A stretch of 64,000 nt of DNA from Bacteroidales bacterium. Lineage in GTDB: Bacteria; Bacteroidota; Bacteroidia; Bacteroidales; WCHB1-69. The notes under the pieces were generated by a model that did not search any database, was not told the origin of the DNA, and saw nothing but the letters and a program-made list of their open reading frames with translations. Both the position numbers and the translations under genes were made by a program. Numbering within the stretch: position 1 is the stretch's first letter; each line of letters opens with the position of its first letter. Below, one piece after another: positions 19,772-29,773 of this stretch. Location of the stretch: the NCBI GenBank assembly GCA_024400635.1, contig JAKSMI010000007.1, positions 14,363 through 78,362 on the forward strand, written 5' to 3'.

Positions 19772-20417
19772 TATTCGCAGCCTGCTTAATTCTATAGACG
19801 TCAAAATCATCCATAAATCCCGGTTCAACAACTCCTTCGGATTTTATGATATTTTTTATAGTCATAAAGACAATTTTCAGATCCATTATGAATGAAACGT
19901 TATTCACATATTCAATATCGTATTTGAACCTTTGTTCCCAAGATCTCAAAGAATTGCGACCATGAAGCTGAGCCCATCCTGTCATTCCCGGACGGACATC
20001 ATGTCTATGAGACTCCTCTTCTGTATAATATGGCAAATACTTTACAAGCAGCGGCCTCGGGCCTATTAACGCCATATCGCCCTTAAGGATATTGATGAGC
20101 TGTGGCAGTTCGTCAATGGAAGTGGAGCGCACAAAACGGCCTACCTTCGTCAGACGTTGAGCATCCGGCAGCAGCTTCCCTTCCGCATCCCTCTCGTCCG
20201 TCATACTCTTGAACTTGATAACTTTGAAAATCTTCTCATTCTTCCCGGGACGGTCCTGGGTGAAGAAGATGCCCTTGAAGCCGTTCTTGTTGGCAAAGAA
20301 CAGCAGCACCATCGTTGCAACGAACAATGGCGAGAGCAATATCAACGCCATCAGTGCCCCAAGAAAACCGATGGGGCGCTTGATGAGGCGGATGTATAAT
20401 TTCTGTTGTGTGGTCAT
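19758..20417 (-). CDS. Initiating phosphoglycosyl transferase (PglC-like sugar transferase)
   Basis: FFTQDRPG, KFKSM, RSTSIDELPQL, GPRPLL, RPGMTGWAQ. Confidence 0.9.
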   Translation of the reverse strand: MTTQQKLYIRLIKRPIGFLGALMALILLSPLFVATMVLLFFANKNGFKGIFFTQDRPGKNEKIFKVIKFKSMTDERDAEGKLLPDAQRLTKVGRFVRSTSIDELPQLINILKGDMALIGPRPLLVKYLPYYTEEESHRHDVRPGMTGWAQLHGRNSLRSWEQRFKYDIEYVNNVSFIMDLKIVFMTIKNIIKSEGVVEPGFMDDFDVYRIKQAANNEKK

Positions 20418-20516
20418 TACTATGGTCATCGTTATCGTAGCCAAAGGCGTATCGTTATCGTACGAAGTTTCGTTTTCGTTGGCGAAGCCCCCTCTAACCC
20501 CTAACCTCTAACCTCT

Positions 20517-20792
20517 TTGCTGAAACGGCAAAAGTATTCGGACACACCTCCACCTTCGCCGGATTTACCTTCGGATTATGCTCAATCACGTATTTTACAT
20601 TGGCGGGACTCATACATCCAATCCAGTCGCTGATTCGGTAGAGTCCTTCTCTTTCCTGCGGAACGACCGATAAAGAAATCCCTTGGGACCGGATTTGGAA
20701 AGCATTTCGCGGAACTTCCTCAAAAAATCAGTATGCATGCCCCCGGCATTGATGTCAGTCACAGGGGACATTGTAAGGTAAAGTAAGTTCAT
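20517..20792 (-). pseudogene. GT4 glycosyltransferase (WbuB-like) remnant with large internal deletions
   Basis: MNLLYLT..DINAGGMHTDFLRKF joined to LYRSFRRKEK and, after a frame shift, SDWIGCMSPANVKYVIEHNP..KVEVCPN. Confidence 0.6.
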
Positions 20793-21067
20793 ATTGTAGT
20801 TTTCGATATTGCATTCCACCCGCATCTGATAAGGCAGGCAAGGTTGCTCTCCTTAGCGAAAGCCTTGAACTTCCATCCATTGCGGAAAAGTATATTGTAG
20901 GCCATATTCAGGTGGCCGTTCTTGAATCGTTTCTTTTGACCAAGAGAAAGAATATCGTCCAACATCCGTTGGTCGTTTTTTTTCAGTTCGGTCGATGGCT
21001 CTTTGCAGACGTATTTCACCACTCTTGTCATCGATACCGCAAACTCCCGCATCCCGAAGGTCTCCAA
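20789..21067 (-). pseudogene. C-terminal fragment of an unidentified capsule-locus gene
   Basis: Short ORF whose stop overlaps (ATGA) the GT4 remnant start; no recognisable N-terminus. Confidence 0.35.
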
Positions 21068-21912
21068 TGTTTTAGAAATCCTCTCTCTAAGCTCTCAGCT
21101 ATAAGCTGAAAATCCCTCTTCCCGTGCATCTCCTCCACAAGCCGCTCATACACCAGCTGCCAAGCCTGCAATGGGTCAAACTCGACCTCCGGACGGAGCA
21201 GGGGTTGAACGTCTTCCAGAAACTCCTCATCCTGCATCTTCAACTCCATATTCTGCACAAACTCCTTGTACGATGGCGCACGTTCTGCCACAAACTCGAT
21301 ATACTTGCGGTAGCACTCCAATATTTTCTCCGCATCCAGCTCCTGCGTGCTCAATGCCAGATACAAGTCGAACAGGTCGCGTCCCTTCTTCCTTTGATAA
21401 AGCGCACGAAGTTTCGTCCCCACCAATTCCTCCAAGTGATAAGTCGTCAGCTGAGCCTCACCCGTAAACCAGCCGCTCTCCACCTTGAACGGCACCTCCT
21501 GCAACCCCATCACATTGAAATGCTCCATACAATTGATCTCCACCTTCAGGCGAATCTGCTGCACAGGCGGAATCTCTGAATCCACCTTGAACAGCAGCTT
21601 GTTGCTATGCCGCTTCTGCTGAGTCGAGCGGTTCGGCAACCATCCCAGCACCTTCCCCAACCTGAACATAATCGGCTTGATAGGCCCCGGTTTAATCTGC
21701 ACAAGATCGATATCCTCACTATACCTTGCCTGCGGATGCAGGAACAACTTATGCAGAGCCGTACCTCCTCGGAACGCAAGATTTTCCCGCAGGAACTCAT
21801 CACTGAAAATACTCACAAGGGCTCTACAGATAATCAAATCCTACTCCACCATCTCGTTTTTCGACCATGGTGCCATTTCGCTCCATTCTCTGATAAATGA
21901 TTCCTGTATCAT
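21028..21912 (-). pseudogene. abiEii: AbiEii nucleotidyltransferase toxin with an in-frame TAG at codon 24
   Basis: ATG 21912 overlaps the abiEi stop; reads MIQESFIREWSEMAPWSKNEMVE*DLIICRAL; FRGGTALHK, RYSEDIDL, TKLRALYQRKKGRDLFDL. Confidence 0.85.
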
Positions 21913-22730
21913 ATTTCGTCTATGTCAATTTCCTTATTAACAACCACTTTCCAGCGTTCATCCACTGGCATACCTTCCTCAATAGGAGTAGATGCCTTCA
22001 ACGCCGTCTTGCGGAATTTCAATCCACCATTCTTGCACAAAGCATACAATTCATCCGCAACCGACTCATACTCCAGCAGAGACAGAATATGCCCAAACCG
22101 TTGTATTACAGCCGCAGGAAAACACCTCAGCAGAGGCAAACTCTTGTCATCCAGAGCCACTACATCCATCAACTCATAAAGCACCTCCGCCACACGACTC
22201 AAGCCGCCTACCTTTCTTTCCTGTTGCACCAAATCCAAAGCAGTCATCAATGGCGAGGAAACTTGGATATAGCCAGATTGCGTCCTTACTTGTTGTACAA
22301 ATTCCGAGGCAATGTCGTTCTTCTGGATGAAATCTATTTTGGTTCCCTTCTTCCTCACATTTCTTAAGGTGGCACCATCGGCCATAACAAAATACGTCAT
22401 CGACTGCTGATGCGAAGCTCCATGCAAGGCTGCCGCAGACAACAGACTTACATAATAATTTCTGCCAAGGAAATGCATCAACCGATCGATATAGAAATGC
22501 TCAGGCACCACACCTCTCAGTCGATACTCCATCGACACGATAACATAAAAATTCTTCCAGGGGGAGATTATCCTTTTTGAGGAAACCAAGCGGGACAACG
22601 ACACCTCTAAAGAATGCTCCTTCGCATCGGGAAAGATTTTCTGCACATCTTCCTTTGTAAAGAAGTAGCGCCCCCTCATTTCTTGAGCATCAATCCATTC
22701 GGAACAGCTGCTATATTCACCGTTATTCAT
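21909..22730 (-). CDS. abiEi: Type IV TA antitoxin AbiEi
   Basis: N-terminal wHTH, YYVSLLSAAALHGASHQ, VSSPLMTALDL, QRFGHIL; coupled to AbiEii. Confidence 0.88.
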   Translation of the reverse strand: MNNGEYSSCSEWIDAQEMRGRYFFTKEDVQKIFPDAKEHSLEVSLSRLVSSKRIISPWKNFYVIVSMEYRLRGVVPEHFYIDRLMHFLGRNYYVSLLSAAALHGASHQQSMTYFVMADGATLRNVRKKGTKIDFIQKNDIASEFVQQVRTQSGYIQVSSPLMTALDLVQQERKVGGLSRVAEVLYELMDVVALDDKSLPLLRCFPAAVIQRFGHILSLLEYESVADELYALCKNGGLKFRKTALKASTPIEEGMPVDERWKVVVNKEIDIDEI

Positions 22731-22760
22731 AACATCAAACTTGCGATTCTATACAAATTA

Positions 22761-22857
22761 TGTAGAGTTCTGCGATTTCGCTGCAAAATTACAACTTTTC
22801 CCCGACCCAGAAGGTGATTTCTGGAATTTTCTTTACACATTAACGATTCTTAACCTT
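22761..22857 (-). repeat. Copy 2 of the ~100 bp promoter-bearing repeat (abiEi promoter)
   Basis: About 75% identical to 13032-13128; -7 element TAATTTTGCAG about 50 nt upstream of the abiEi ATG. Confidence 0.85.
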
Positions 22858-22861
22858 AACC

Positions 22862-23740
22862 CTAAACCTCCACCACTTTCGCCTTGTTCCACTCAATTGT
22901 CTTATCCGCCTCTTCCAGATTTACATAGTCGAAGGCACGCACAAGGTTGCACATCTTGTTGAATGCGCCACCGCTGCCAATGCTTCCTTTTATCATTCTG
23001 ACAAAACGGTTTTTGAATGTCCCAGTCTGCTTGAAATAACTTTCGTATGCTTCTTTGGTCATCATCTTGTACGGATGGTGCTCAAGGTCGTTGATATGGA
23101 AATAGGTCATCACATAGTCGGATGACTTCATGTTTTTGTTGATGAAGCCAAGTGGAAAGAATCTGAAATACCCACCTCCGGAATAGGCTATCTGATGACC
23201 TGCCAATGTGGTGAGTGAGACGGGAAACTCTTTTAATGTGGCATTGCCAATCTTTACTAAGCAAGGCTTGTCGGCCGGGAATCCGGCAAAGCCGCCGAAG
23301 TCGCGAACTGCAGGATAGATAGACGCATCTCTTTCTATTCCACATTCTGCCAGCACCTCAAATGCCCACTTGTTCTTCTTGCCAATGGAGAATGCCGGAG
23401 CGCGAAAACTCTTCACTTTCTTACTAACCACGTCTTCAAGCGACTTAAGGGCACTTTCGGTATCCAATTTAAGTTCTTCTGGACTAAGTTTACTCAACCA
23501 AGCGTGTTCGTTAGAGTGGCAACCTATTTCGTGCCCTTTATCAGCTATTTTTTTGACCACATGAGGAAATTCTCTTGCCAAACCACCCACACAGAAAAAG
23601 GTCGCTTTCAGCTGTTTTTCATCAAGCAAATCCAGAATTCGGCTCAAATAATCGTCAAACGTTTGGTATTCACTATCTTGAAAAATACCTTTTTCTTTTT
23701 TTAAATACCACTCCTCGATATCAAAGGTAAGGATGTTCAT
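22862..23740 (-). CDS. Polysaccharide deacetylase (DUF3473 type)
   Basis: LTFDIEEW, ATFFCVG, GHEIGCHS, FRAPAFSI, SGGGYFR, YFH. Confidence 0.9.
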   Translation of the reverse strand: MNILTFDIEEWYLKKEKGIFQDSEYQTFDDYLSRILDLLDEKQLKATFFCVGGLAREFPHVVKKIADKGHEIGCHSNEHAWLSKLSPEELKLDTESALKSLEDVVSKKVKSFRAPAFSIGKKNKWAFEVLAECGIERDASIYPAVRDFGGFAGFPADKPCLVKIGNATLKEFPVSLTTLAGHQIAYSGGGYFRFFPLGFINKNMKSSDYVMTYFHINDLEHHPYKMMTKEAYESYFKQTGTFKNRFVRMIKGSIGSGGAFNKMCNLVRAFDYVNLEEADKTIEWNKAKVVEV

Positions 23741-24807
23741 CGTAAAAATTTAATTTTTGAAGAATGCCTGACTATATCAATGGCGACCATTACCCCGGTC
23801 ACTATTATCATTGTCAACAAGAATGGCACAATGCTGTTACAAGAGTTTGTCCATATATCCATTTGGCTGATTCCCATCATTCTTGAATAGAAGACAATGA
23901 TTACGCCTTTAATGGGGACATTCAATGCCATTGCATCAAATGAATTACGGCCGAACCATTTTAAATAACTGTATGTTTTGCCAAAATATTTATGAACCTT
24001 ATCTGAACCTTCGAGCAATAAAGAAGTAATAATAACGGCGGCTGAGCCCGCTATTGCCCTAAAATAGAAAGCCGGAATACTCTCGCCATAATAACTGTGC
24101 CCCATAGAAATCTTTGGATTATGGAAACAAGAATATGCAAGATATACTGTAATTGCTACTGCAATTAATAAAAATGCCGGTTTTTTCTTATTTACAAAAT
24201 CAAAAGTTTCTTTGTGCCCACAATATTTTACAAATACATTCCCGAGGCATAAATATGGGAGTGCCATCAGCCCCGTGTCCATATTCCAAGGAAGAGAAGA
24301 CCACGAGGATCCCAGATACTTTACAAGCACGATATTCAATGCCGCCAAAGAAAAGCACACGGCGACGTTCAGCCATGCCGGAAACTTTGATATAAAATAA
24401 TACAGACACTGTACACCCATCAGGCAAGGTACAAACCATAGGGCGGTATTATGTACGAGATAGTCCTGAGAGCCCTGAGCGATAAGTGTCTGAAGCAGCG
24501 GCATCCAAATACTTTCAACTTCATTATGGCTAACAGTATTATATAATACCCATATCAACCATGTCGCCACAGAGAATATGGCGTACGGCACAAATAGGGT
24601 TTTAAGTTTATGGGCAAAAAATCGGCCGAAAGATTTTTGCCGGTCCGTACGGAACAACATGCCTGATATAATAAAAAACAACGGCATGTGAAAGAAATAG
24701 AAATATGTACATAGCGGGCCTGACGAATTGATATGTCCCCACACGACACCAATCATTCCAAGTCCCTTCGAGATATCAAGATAATCTAATCTTTTAACGT
24801 TCTCCAT
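23737..24807 (-). CDS. Acyltransferase family 3 (O-acyltransferase)
   Basis: RLDYLDISKGLGM..VVWGH, FHMPLFFIISG, LWFVPCL; multi-TM. Confidence 0.9.
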   Translation of the reverse strand: MENVKRLDYLDISKGLGMIGVVWGHINSSGPLCTYFYFFHMPLFFIISGMLFRTDRQKSFGRFFAHKLKTLFVPYAIFSVATWLIWVLYNTVSHNEVESIWMPLLQTLIAQGSQDYLVHNTALWFVPCLMGVQCLYYFISKFPAWLNVAVCFSLAALNIVLVKYLGSSWSSLPWNMDTGLMALPYLCLGNVFVKYCGHKETFDFVNKKKPAFLLIAVAITVYLAYSCFHNPKISMGHSYYGESIPAFYFRAIAGSAAVIITSLLLEGSDKVHKYFGKTYSYLKWFGRNSFDAMALNVPIKGVIIVFYSRMMGISQMDIWTNSCNSIVPFLLTMIIVTGVMVAIDIVRHSSKIKFLR

Positions 24808-25963
24808 AATCGATTTTTGATTTTGCAGTACCTGTTAACAATTTCTTAATGTTGTGCCAAGAACCGACAAAGAATGGCATCGGGTCTGTCCAATCACTCA
24901 TATCCTGGTAATGGATATGCTTACCGATGAACTTGAAATATGAAGGTTTCATTTTCCATCTGTTAGGGGATTTCAGAAACCACAGTGTTTCAAATCCTAG
25001 ATGACGAAGGATTTCTCCTTCTTTATACTCATATTTCTTTTGAGGAATCCCCAAATACTCATTGGCAATTATTTTGCCCCACCCAATGCCTCCTTCAATT
25101 GCACATTTTACGCAGGCTGGAACTCTCGGATTCAATTCCATGATCAACAATTCACCGGTATCAGGATCTTCGATCGTATCGAAATCGGCAAATCCCACCC
25201 AATTCAAGTCAAGAAGAACGTGGTACAGAATATCGACCATTTTATCATTTCTTGCAGATGTGGCGCAACTGCTGCTTCCTCCCTTTTCTGGATACCATCT
25301 ATATTTATATATGACCGAAGAATTGACCAATTTATGGTTGGCATTCACATGTAATTGAAATTCGACCTGCGTACCGCCTTGCTTTACATATTTCTGCAAA
25401 TGGCAATCCCCATACTCTGCCTGAATCGTCGGCAGAGCTTCAATAAGTTCCTTATATGAATGACATAGAGTCATCCCCCTGGCGCCACAAGTAATATTCG
25501 GTTTTATCAGCATTGGATATGGCAAACTGCTCAAATCCGTATTATCTATTTCATCTGTTCCGATGGTGAGTGGATGGGGATATTTCTTTTCCCGGCATAA
25601 AGCCATTAAAGAATTCTTGTCTGTACCACGCTTGAAATTTTCGAAGTCCGGCATCTGGAATTTCACCACCTCCAGCAATTCGTATTTGTTTTTACTCAAG
25701 AATTCAGCGGATACGTCTCCCATAGGTATAACGGCATCTATCTTTTCATGGTCAATGATACTCTTTACCGAATCCAAATAATCCTTACTTGACGCCCTTA
25801 GGTTGCAGTAGATAACTTTATCCGCATATCTGGAAGCGTCGGCATAATTTCCTTTTTCAGCAAACAGGACCACATAGAAGCCTGACAATTTCAGATTCCT
25901 CACAATTGCCAGCCCCTGGGTTCCACCACCTAAGACCAGAACGTTATTAGAGCACTTCTTCAT
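24794..25963 (-). CDS. ATP-grasp carboxylate-amine ligase-like protein
   Basis: QGLAIVRNL, IPMGD, IKPNITCGARG, LQKYV, MELNPR. Confidence 0.85.
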   Translation of the reverse strand: MKKCSNNVLVLGGGTQGLAIVRNLKLSGFYVVLFAEKGNYADASRYADKVIYCNLRASSKDYLDSVKSIIDHEKIDAVIPMGDVSAEFLSKNKYELLEVVKFQMPDFENFKRGTDKNSLMALCREKKYPHPLTIGTDEIDNTDLSSLPYPMLIKPNITCGARGMTLCHSYKELIEALPTIQAEYGDCHLQKYVKQGGTQVEFQLHVNANHKLVNSSVIYKYRWYPEKGGSSSCATSARNDKMVDILYHVLLDLNWVGFADFDTIEDPDTGELLIMELNPRVPACVKCAIEGGIGWGKIIANEYLGIPQKKYEYKEGEILRHLGFETLWFLKSPNRWKMKPSYFKFIGKHIHYQDMSDWTDPMPFFVGSWHNIKKLLTGTAKSKIDYGER

Positions 25964-27098
25964 AACAATTCAGTATTGAGTTCCAAACATCAATTTCATC
26001 GAAATTTCTTTCAACCCATATTCTGCTGTTTTGCGCGTACCTTTTTAGTAATGCTTTATCTTTATAGAGTTTACCCATCGCTTGACAAATATCAAACGGG
26101 TTCAGGTTTATATATTCACCATTGAACCCCTGTTTCATCGTATCGCGGCTTCCTGTAAAATTTGTAGTCATTACTGGGACGCCCATAGCTGCCGCTTCTA
26201 TCACACACATCCCGAACCCATCTCTATGGGTTGGCAAGACAAAAAGGTTCATCATTGAATATAAATACGGCATTTCGGATTTACTGATTTCTCCTGTTTT
26301 AATAATATTTATATCATTTTGTATTATTGCTTCAACCCTGCTATCAATAAAATCTCTGATATCTTTTTGCCCTATCAGCAATAATTTTGCATCTTGATTA
26401 TATTCTTTTTTGAATAATTCAAATGCTTTAACCAACTCCTCTATTCCTTTATCTCTTACTAAGCGCCCACAGAATCCAATGACAAAATCATCCTCTTTCA
26501 GATTATATTGGGAACGCATTCGTTGTAATTTAGGAATGTCAATTTTCTCAGGATTCCAAAGAGATTTACTGTCAATTCCACGACATGAGCCATTGTGAGG
26601 CACGTATGCTTTTCCTGCTTTATCTATGCCGCAGGCCAAACGCAATTCAACCAGAAATTTACTAACGCAGATTACTTTTATTGCACAACTGGATTCAATC
26701 CTATCCAATAATATGAATAGCTTGCGCGTCAATCCCGTTCTGCTCTCAAAACTGGTTCCGTGGGCAAACAGAATGATTTTTCTACCTGTCAATTTACCAC
26801 AAATACACGCCAATAGTTTACCCTTATCCGCATGGCCTACAATCAGATCAATTTTATTTTGGCGAATATATCTGAATATCCGATATATTGCGACAATGTC
26901 GCCTTTGACAGATGGGACTCGCTTTATCTCTGTTGTCAGGTGTTTTACTCCTTCAAGACCGCACAACTCATCACAACCATCGGCATAACTATGTGCAAGA
27001 TGCATTTCCAGTCCATTTTCGACACAGTATTTCATCCTGCCAAAAAGAAAAGATCGGGCGAACCCGAAATGAGGAACAATTTCAAGGACTTTCTTCAT
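25947..27098 (-). CDS. Glycosyltransferase family 4
   Basis: GFCGRLVRDKGIEEL, PTHRDGFGMCVIEAAAMGVPV. Confidence 0.9.
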   Translation of the reverse strand: MKKVLEIVPHFGFARSFLFGRMKYCVENGLEMHLAHSYADGCDELCGLEGVKHLTTEIKRVPSVKGDIVAIYRIFRYIRQNKIDLIVGHADKGKLLACICGKLTGRKIILFAHGTSFESRTGLTRKLFILLDRIESSCAIKVICVSKFLVELRLACGIDKAGKAYVPHNGSCRGIDSKSLWNPEKIDIPKLQRMRSQYNLKEDDFVIGFCGRLVRDKGIEELVKAFELFKKEYNQDAKLLLIGQKDIRDFIDSRVEAIIQNDINIIKTGEISKSEMPYLYSMMNLFVLPTHRDGFGMCVIEAAAMGVPVMTTNFTGSRDTMKQGFNGEYINLNPFDICQAMGKLYKDKALLKRYAQNSRIWVERNFDEIDVWNSILNCYEEVL

Positions 27099-27116
27099 TA
27101 TCTTGCAAATGCACTC

Positions 27117-27266
27117 TTAAGAATTTCTCTTTGATACATATCGAGACATATCGGTATAATTATGCCGGCCACCATATAACAAAATCACATAAAACCTATC
27201 ACGTCGCAATGACCTTACCATGGCAAGGCCTTGCGTACTGCAGCCTAAAAAAAGAACCTTTATCAC
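27117..27266 (-). pseudogene. N-terminal remnant of a paralogue of the 24794-25963 ATP-grasp gene
   Basis: Manual translation VIKVLFLGCSTQGLAMVRSLRRDRFYVILLYGGRHNYTDMSRYVSK versus NNVLVLGGGTQGLAIVRNLKLSGFYVVLFAEKGNYADASRYADK. Confidence 0.75.
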
Positions 27267-27275
27267 GTCTTGTAT

Positions 27276-27836
27276 CTACTTAAAATCATACACCGAATAC
27301 ACAATATATTTCTTTGTTGGGGACTCTTCTCGTTTGATTATCTGTCCGGGATTTCCTATCACAATAGAATTTGATGGCACATCAAAATTAACAAATGCAC
27401 CAGGAGCGATCAAAACATCATCGCCTATTTTTACCCCCCCCACCACAATGGAATTAGCAAACATACAAACATTATTGCCTATTGTTGGGACTCCTCCCAC
27501 ACCCTTGATAAAAGAGTTCCCTATCAGGCAACCCTGTGCAATATTAAAATTGTCACCGATAACGGCACCAGGATTAACAACGATATTACCGAAGTGCAAA
27601 AGTCTGAGTCCCCGTCCGATTTTTGTTTGTGGAGGTATCTGGACTCCGGTTCTGAATTTCCTGATAGACAGTAATGCTCCCCAGAAAGGCTTCCAGAGGC
27701 GGCCTGCTGCCTGATATCTTCTCAAATAATATAAATACCTGTTTATAGGATGGAGAACATATTTCAACCGGGTAGAAAACGACTTATACCCGTTCCCACT
27801 ATTCCGATATATATCCTCTTTGATTGATGTCAACAT
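27276..27836 (-). CDS. Hexapeptide-repeat acetyltransferase (serine acetyltransferase/WcaB-like)
   Basis: TKIGRGL.LLHFGNIVVN, PTIGNNV, FVNFDVP..SIVIGNP; in-frame G8 tract. Confidence 0.88.
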   Translation of the reverse strand: MLTSIKEDIYRNSGNGYKSFSTRLKYVLHPINRYLYYLRRYQAAGRLWKPFWGALLSIRKFRTGVQIPPQTKIGRGLRLLHFGNIVVNPGAVIGDNFNIAQGCLIGNSFIKGVGGVPTIGNNVCMFANSIVVGGVKIGDDVLIAPGAFVNFDVPSNSIVIGNPGQIIKREESPTKKYIVYSVYDFK

Positions 27837-27841
27837 AGCGG

Positions 27842-28636
27842 CTAATGTTTACGACGATGCAAATAGTTATACAGGGATTTTGGAAGCAGCCCGAGTATTA
27901 TTGGCTTCAAAACATAAATATGGGAATACAACGGAAGCCCTATCATTTTATATCCGATATGACGGACATACGCTTCATTGAGACGGCACTTGAATTTGCG
28001 TCTTGCCGTTGCGTTCCTGTCATCTCGCATCATATAGAAAGGTTCAGCCAGCATATATGCTTTATAACCTTTTGCATACATTTTAAACCACAAATGATAA
28101 TCTTCCACACGCAGCAGACGTTTATCTACACTATATCCATCTACAGCTTCGTACGCTTCCCTTCTTACCATACAAGGGGCATGACATATTGGACTTCCAG
28201 GAATAAAATGTTCCTTTTTGACTTCACCACGGCCATGGCCACGCATAAACTCCCCATTTTCATCAAAATAGATGATTGGAGAGCTGACGATTGCGTATTC
28301 CGGGTGCTCATCAAGAAACCTGACTTCCGTTTCGAATCTATCGGGCAAAGAAATATCGTCCCCATCCATCCGTGCAATATATTCCCCCTTTGCGACAGCC
28401 AGGCAGTTATTGAGAGTTTGGTTAAGACCCAAGTTATGAGGGTTTTTCAAAAGAACAATATTGCTATGATTCTTTTGATTTTCCAGGGCTATTTCATAAG
28501 TCTTGTCAGATGACCCGTCATCGCACAAAATGATTTCAAAATCCTGAAATGTCTGTGCGTACAATGAGTCCAATGCTTCCTGAAGATACGGGGCACAGTT
28601 GTATATGCCCATAAGTACCGATACTTTTGATTTCAT
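27842..28636 (-). CDS. Glycosyltransferase family 2
   Basis: VSVLMGIYN, CDDGSSD, ARMDGDD, EDYHLW. Confidence 0.92.
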   Translation of the reverse strand: MKSKVSVLMGIYNCAPYLQEALDSLYAQTFQDFEIILCDDGSSDKTYEIALENQKNHSNIVLLKNPHNLGLNQTLNNCLAVAKGEYIARMDGDDISLPDRFETEVRFLDEHPEYAIVSSPIIYFDENGEFMRGHGRGEVKKEHFIPGSPICHAPCMVRREAYEAVDGYSVDKRLLRVEDYHLWFKMYAKGYKAYMLAEPFYMMRDDRNATARRKFKCRLNEAYVRHIGYKMIGLPLYSHIYVLKPIILGLLPKSLYNYLHRRKH

Positions 28637-28663
28637 AACGTCCCGCAGTCTTTCCTGTTCATA

Positions 28664-29773
28664 TTAACTTAAATCAAGCAGTCCATAATATATGAATTGC
28701 ATACAGAAAGTAAATAACCAGTGATATATTACGACTTTTTTTGTGACGGCATATTGATTGGGTAACCATTCGAAACGCAAGAATGGATAGAGCAACACTA
28801 TCGGGTATATACCCCAACTCAGATAAGCAATACGATTAGTGGATCCTCCATACATACAAAGCAACCATATTGCATTTATTAATGTGTATAAATTCAAAAG
28901 GAACTCGTATTTCTTATCATGGATTTTCCTCTTTATCACAATAATCCATCCAACTACAATTGGGACAGCGCTATATAGAATAAAGTCAATACGAAACCCT
29001 CTCTTCCCCCATTGCAGACCCGATTCCCCTTCGAGGTATCCTGCACCCTGAGCATCAGTTATTGACGCGAAAAATGTCTGAAACCAAGTTATGTGGAATA
29101 AAGAAATAAAGAAACAAACAACCCATAAATAAAAAAACCATTTGGGTTTTTTCACAAAGCAGCAAACCGCGAATGCGGCTAATGGCAATTGCATGCTATG
29201 ATGAAACCCTAATGAAACAAATAGGAATAACAAACTTAACCATTTTTTGCCTTGATCGTGAAATGCGAGTGCAACGAGAAAGAATGACATCGCCGCCCCT
29301 GCTTTTATACCATTAGTTCCATACGAAAAAGTAGAAAATGCAGCCAAATACATTACAAATGCCAGCATTGTGTCCTTTTTAAATATCTTACGGGAGGCGA
29401 ACCATATTCCAATAAAATATATTGCTGCGATAAGTACAAGAAATGAATATTTATCCCAGCTCTGACGTGATGCATAACGCCTTAAGCGGTCAAATAAGAA
29501 ATTCAACGAGACATCCATATCATCAAACCAATGGTTCTCTATTCCCATCGCGTACCCCCACATATCCATAAAGCACGATGCAACAGGTCTGAAACCAATG
29601 AATACAGTCACGGCCAACGCCAGTATGAGTGATGGCGTTTGATTTTCAGCTTCGTTTGAAAGAAATCTATCACCGCCAAATCTACCATACTTGTTTGCCA
29701 CCACAAAAGTAATAATGCCAAGCACTATTATGTATATAGGCGCGTATAATTCTCCGGGGATACCTAATAACAT
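28664..29773 (-). CDS. wzy: EpsG-family Wzy polymerase
   Basis: About 10 TM segments; FIGFRP, NGIKAG, FHHSM, NRIAYLSW. Confidence 0.8.
   Translation of the reverse strand: MLLGIPGELYAPIYIIVLGIITFVVANKYGRFGGDRFLSNEAENQTPSLILALAVTVFIGFRPVASCFMDMWGYAMGIENHWFDDMDVSLNFLFDRLRRYASRQSWDKYSFLVLIAAIYFIGIWFASRKIFKKDTMLAFVMYLAAFSTFSYGTNGIKAGAAMSFFLVALAFHDQGKKWLSLLFLFVSLGFHHSMQLPLAAFAVCCFVKKPKWFFYLWVVCFFISLFHITWFQTFFASITDAQGAGYLEGESGLQWGKRGFRIDFILYSAVPIVVGWIIVIKRKIHDKKYEFLLNLYTLINAIWLLCMYGGSTNRIAYLSWGIYPIVLLYPFLRFEWLPNQYAVTKKVVIYHWLFTFCMQFIYYGLLDLS

Noticed and set aside
21841-21843. Amber recoding (alternative genetic code)
   Set aside because: Other genes in the window end normally at TAG (e.g. 11569); a single nonsense change is simpler
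27845-28513. 222-aa plus-strand ORF
   Set aside because: Antisense to a clear GT2 gene
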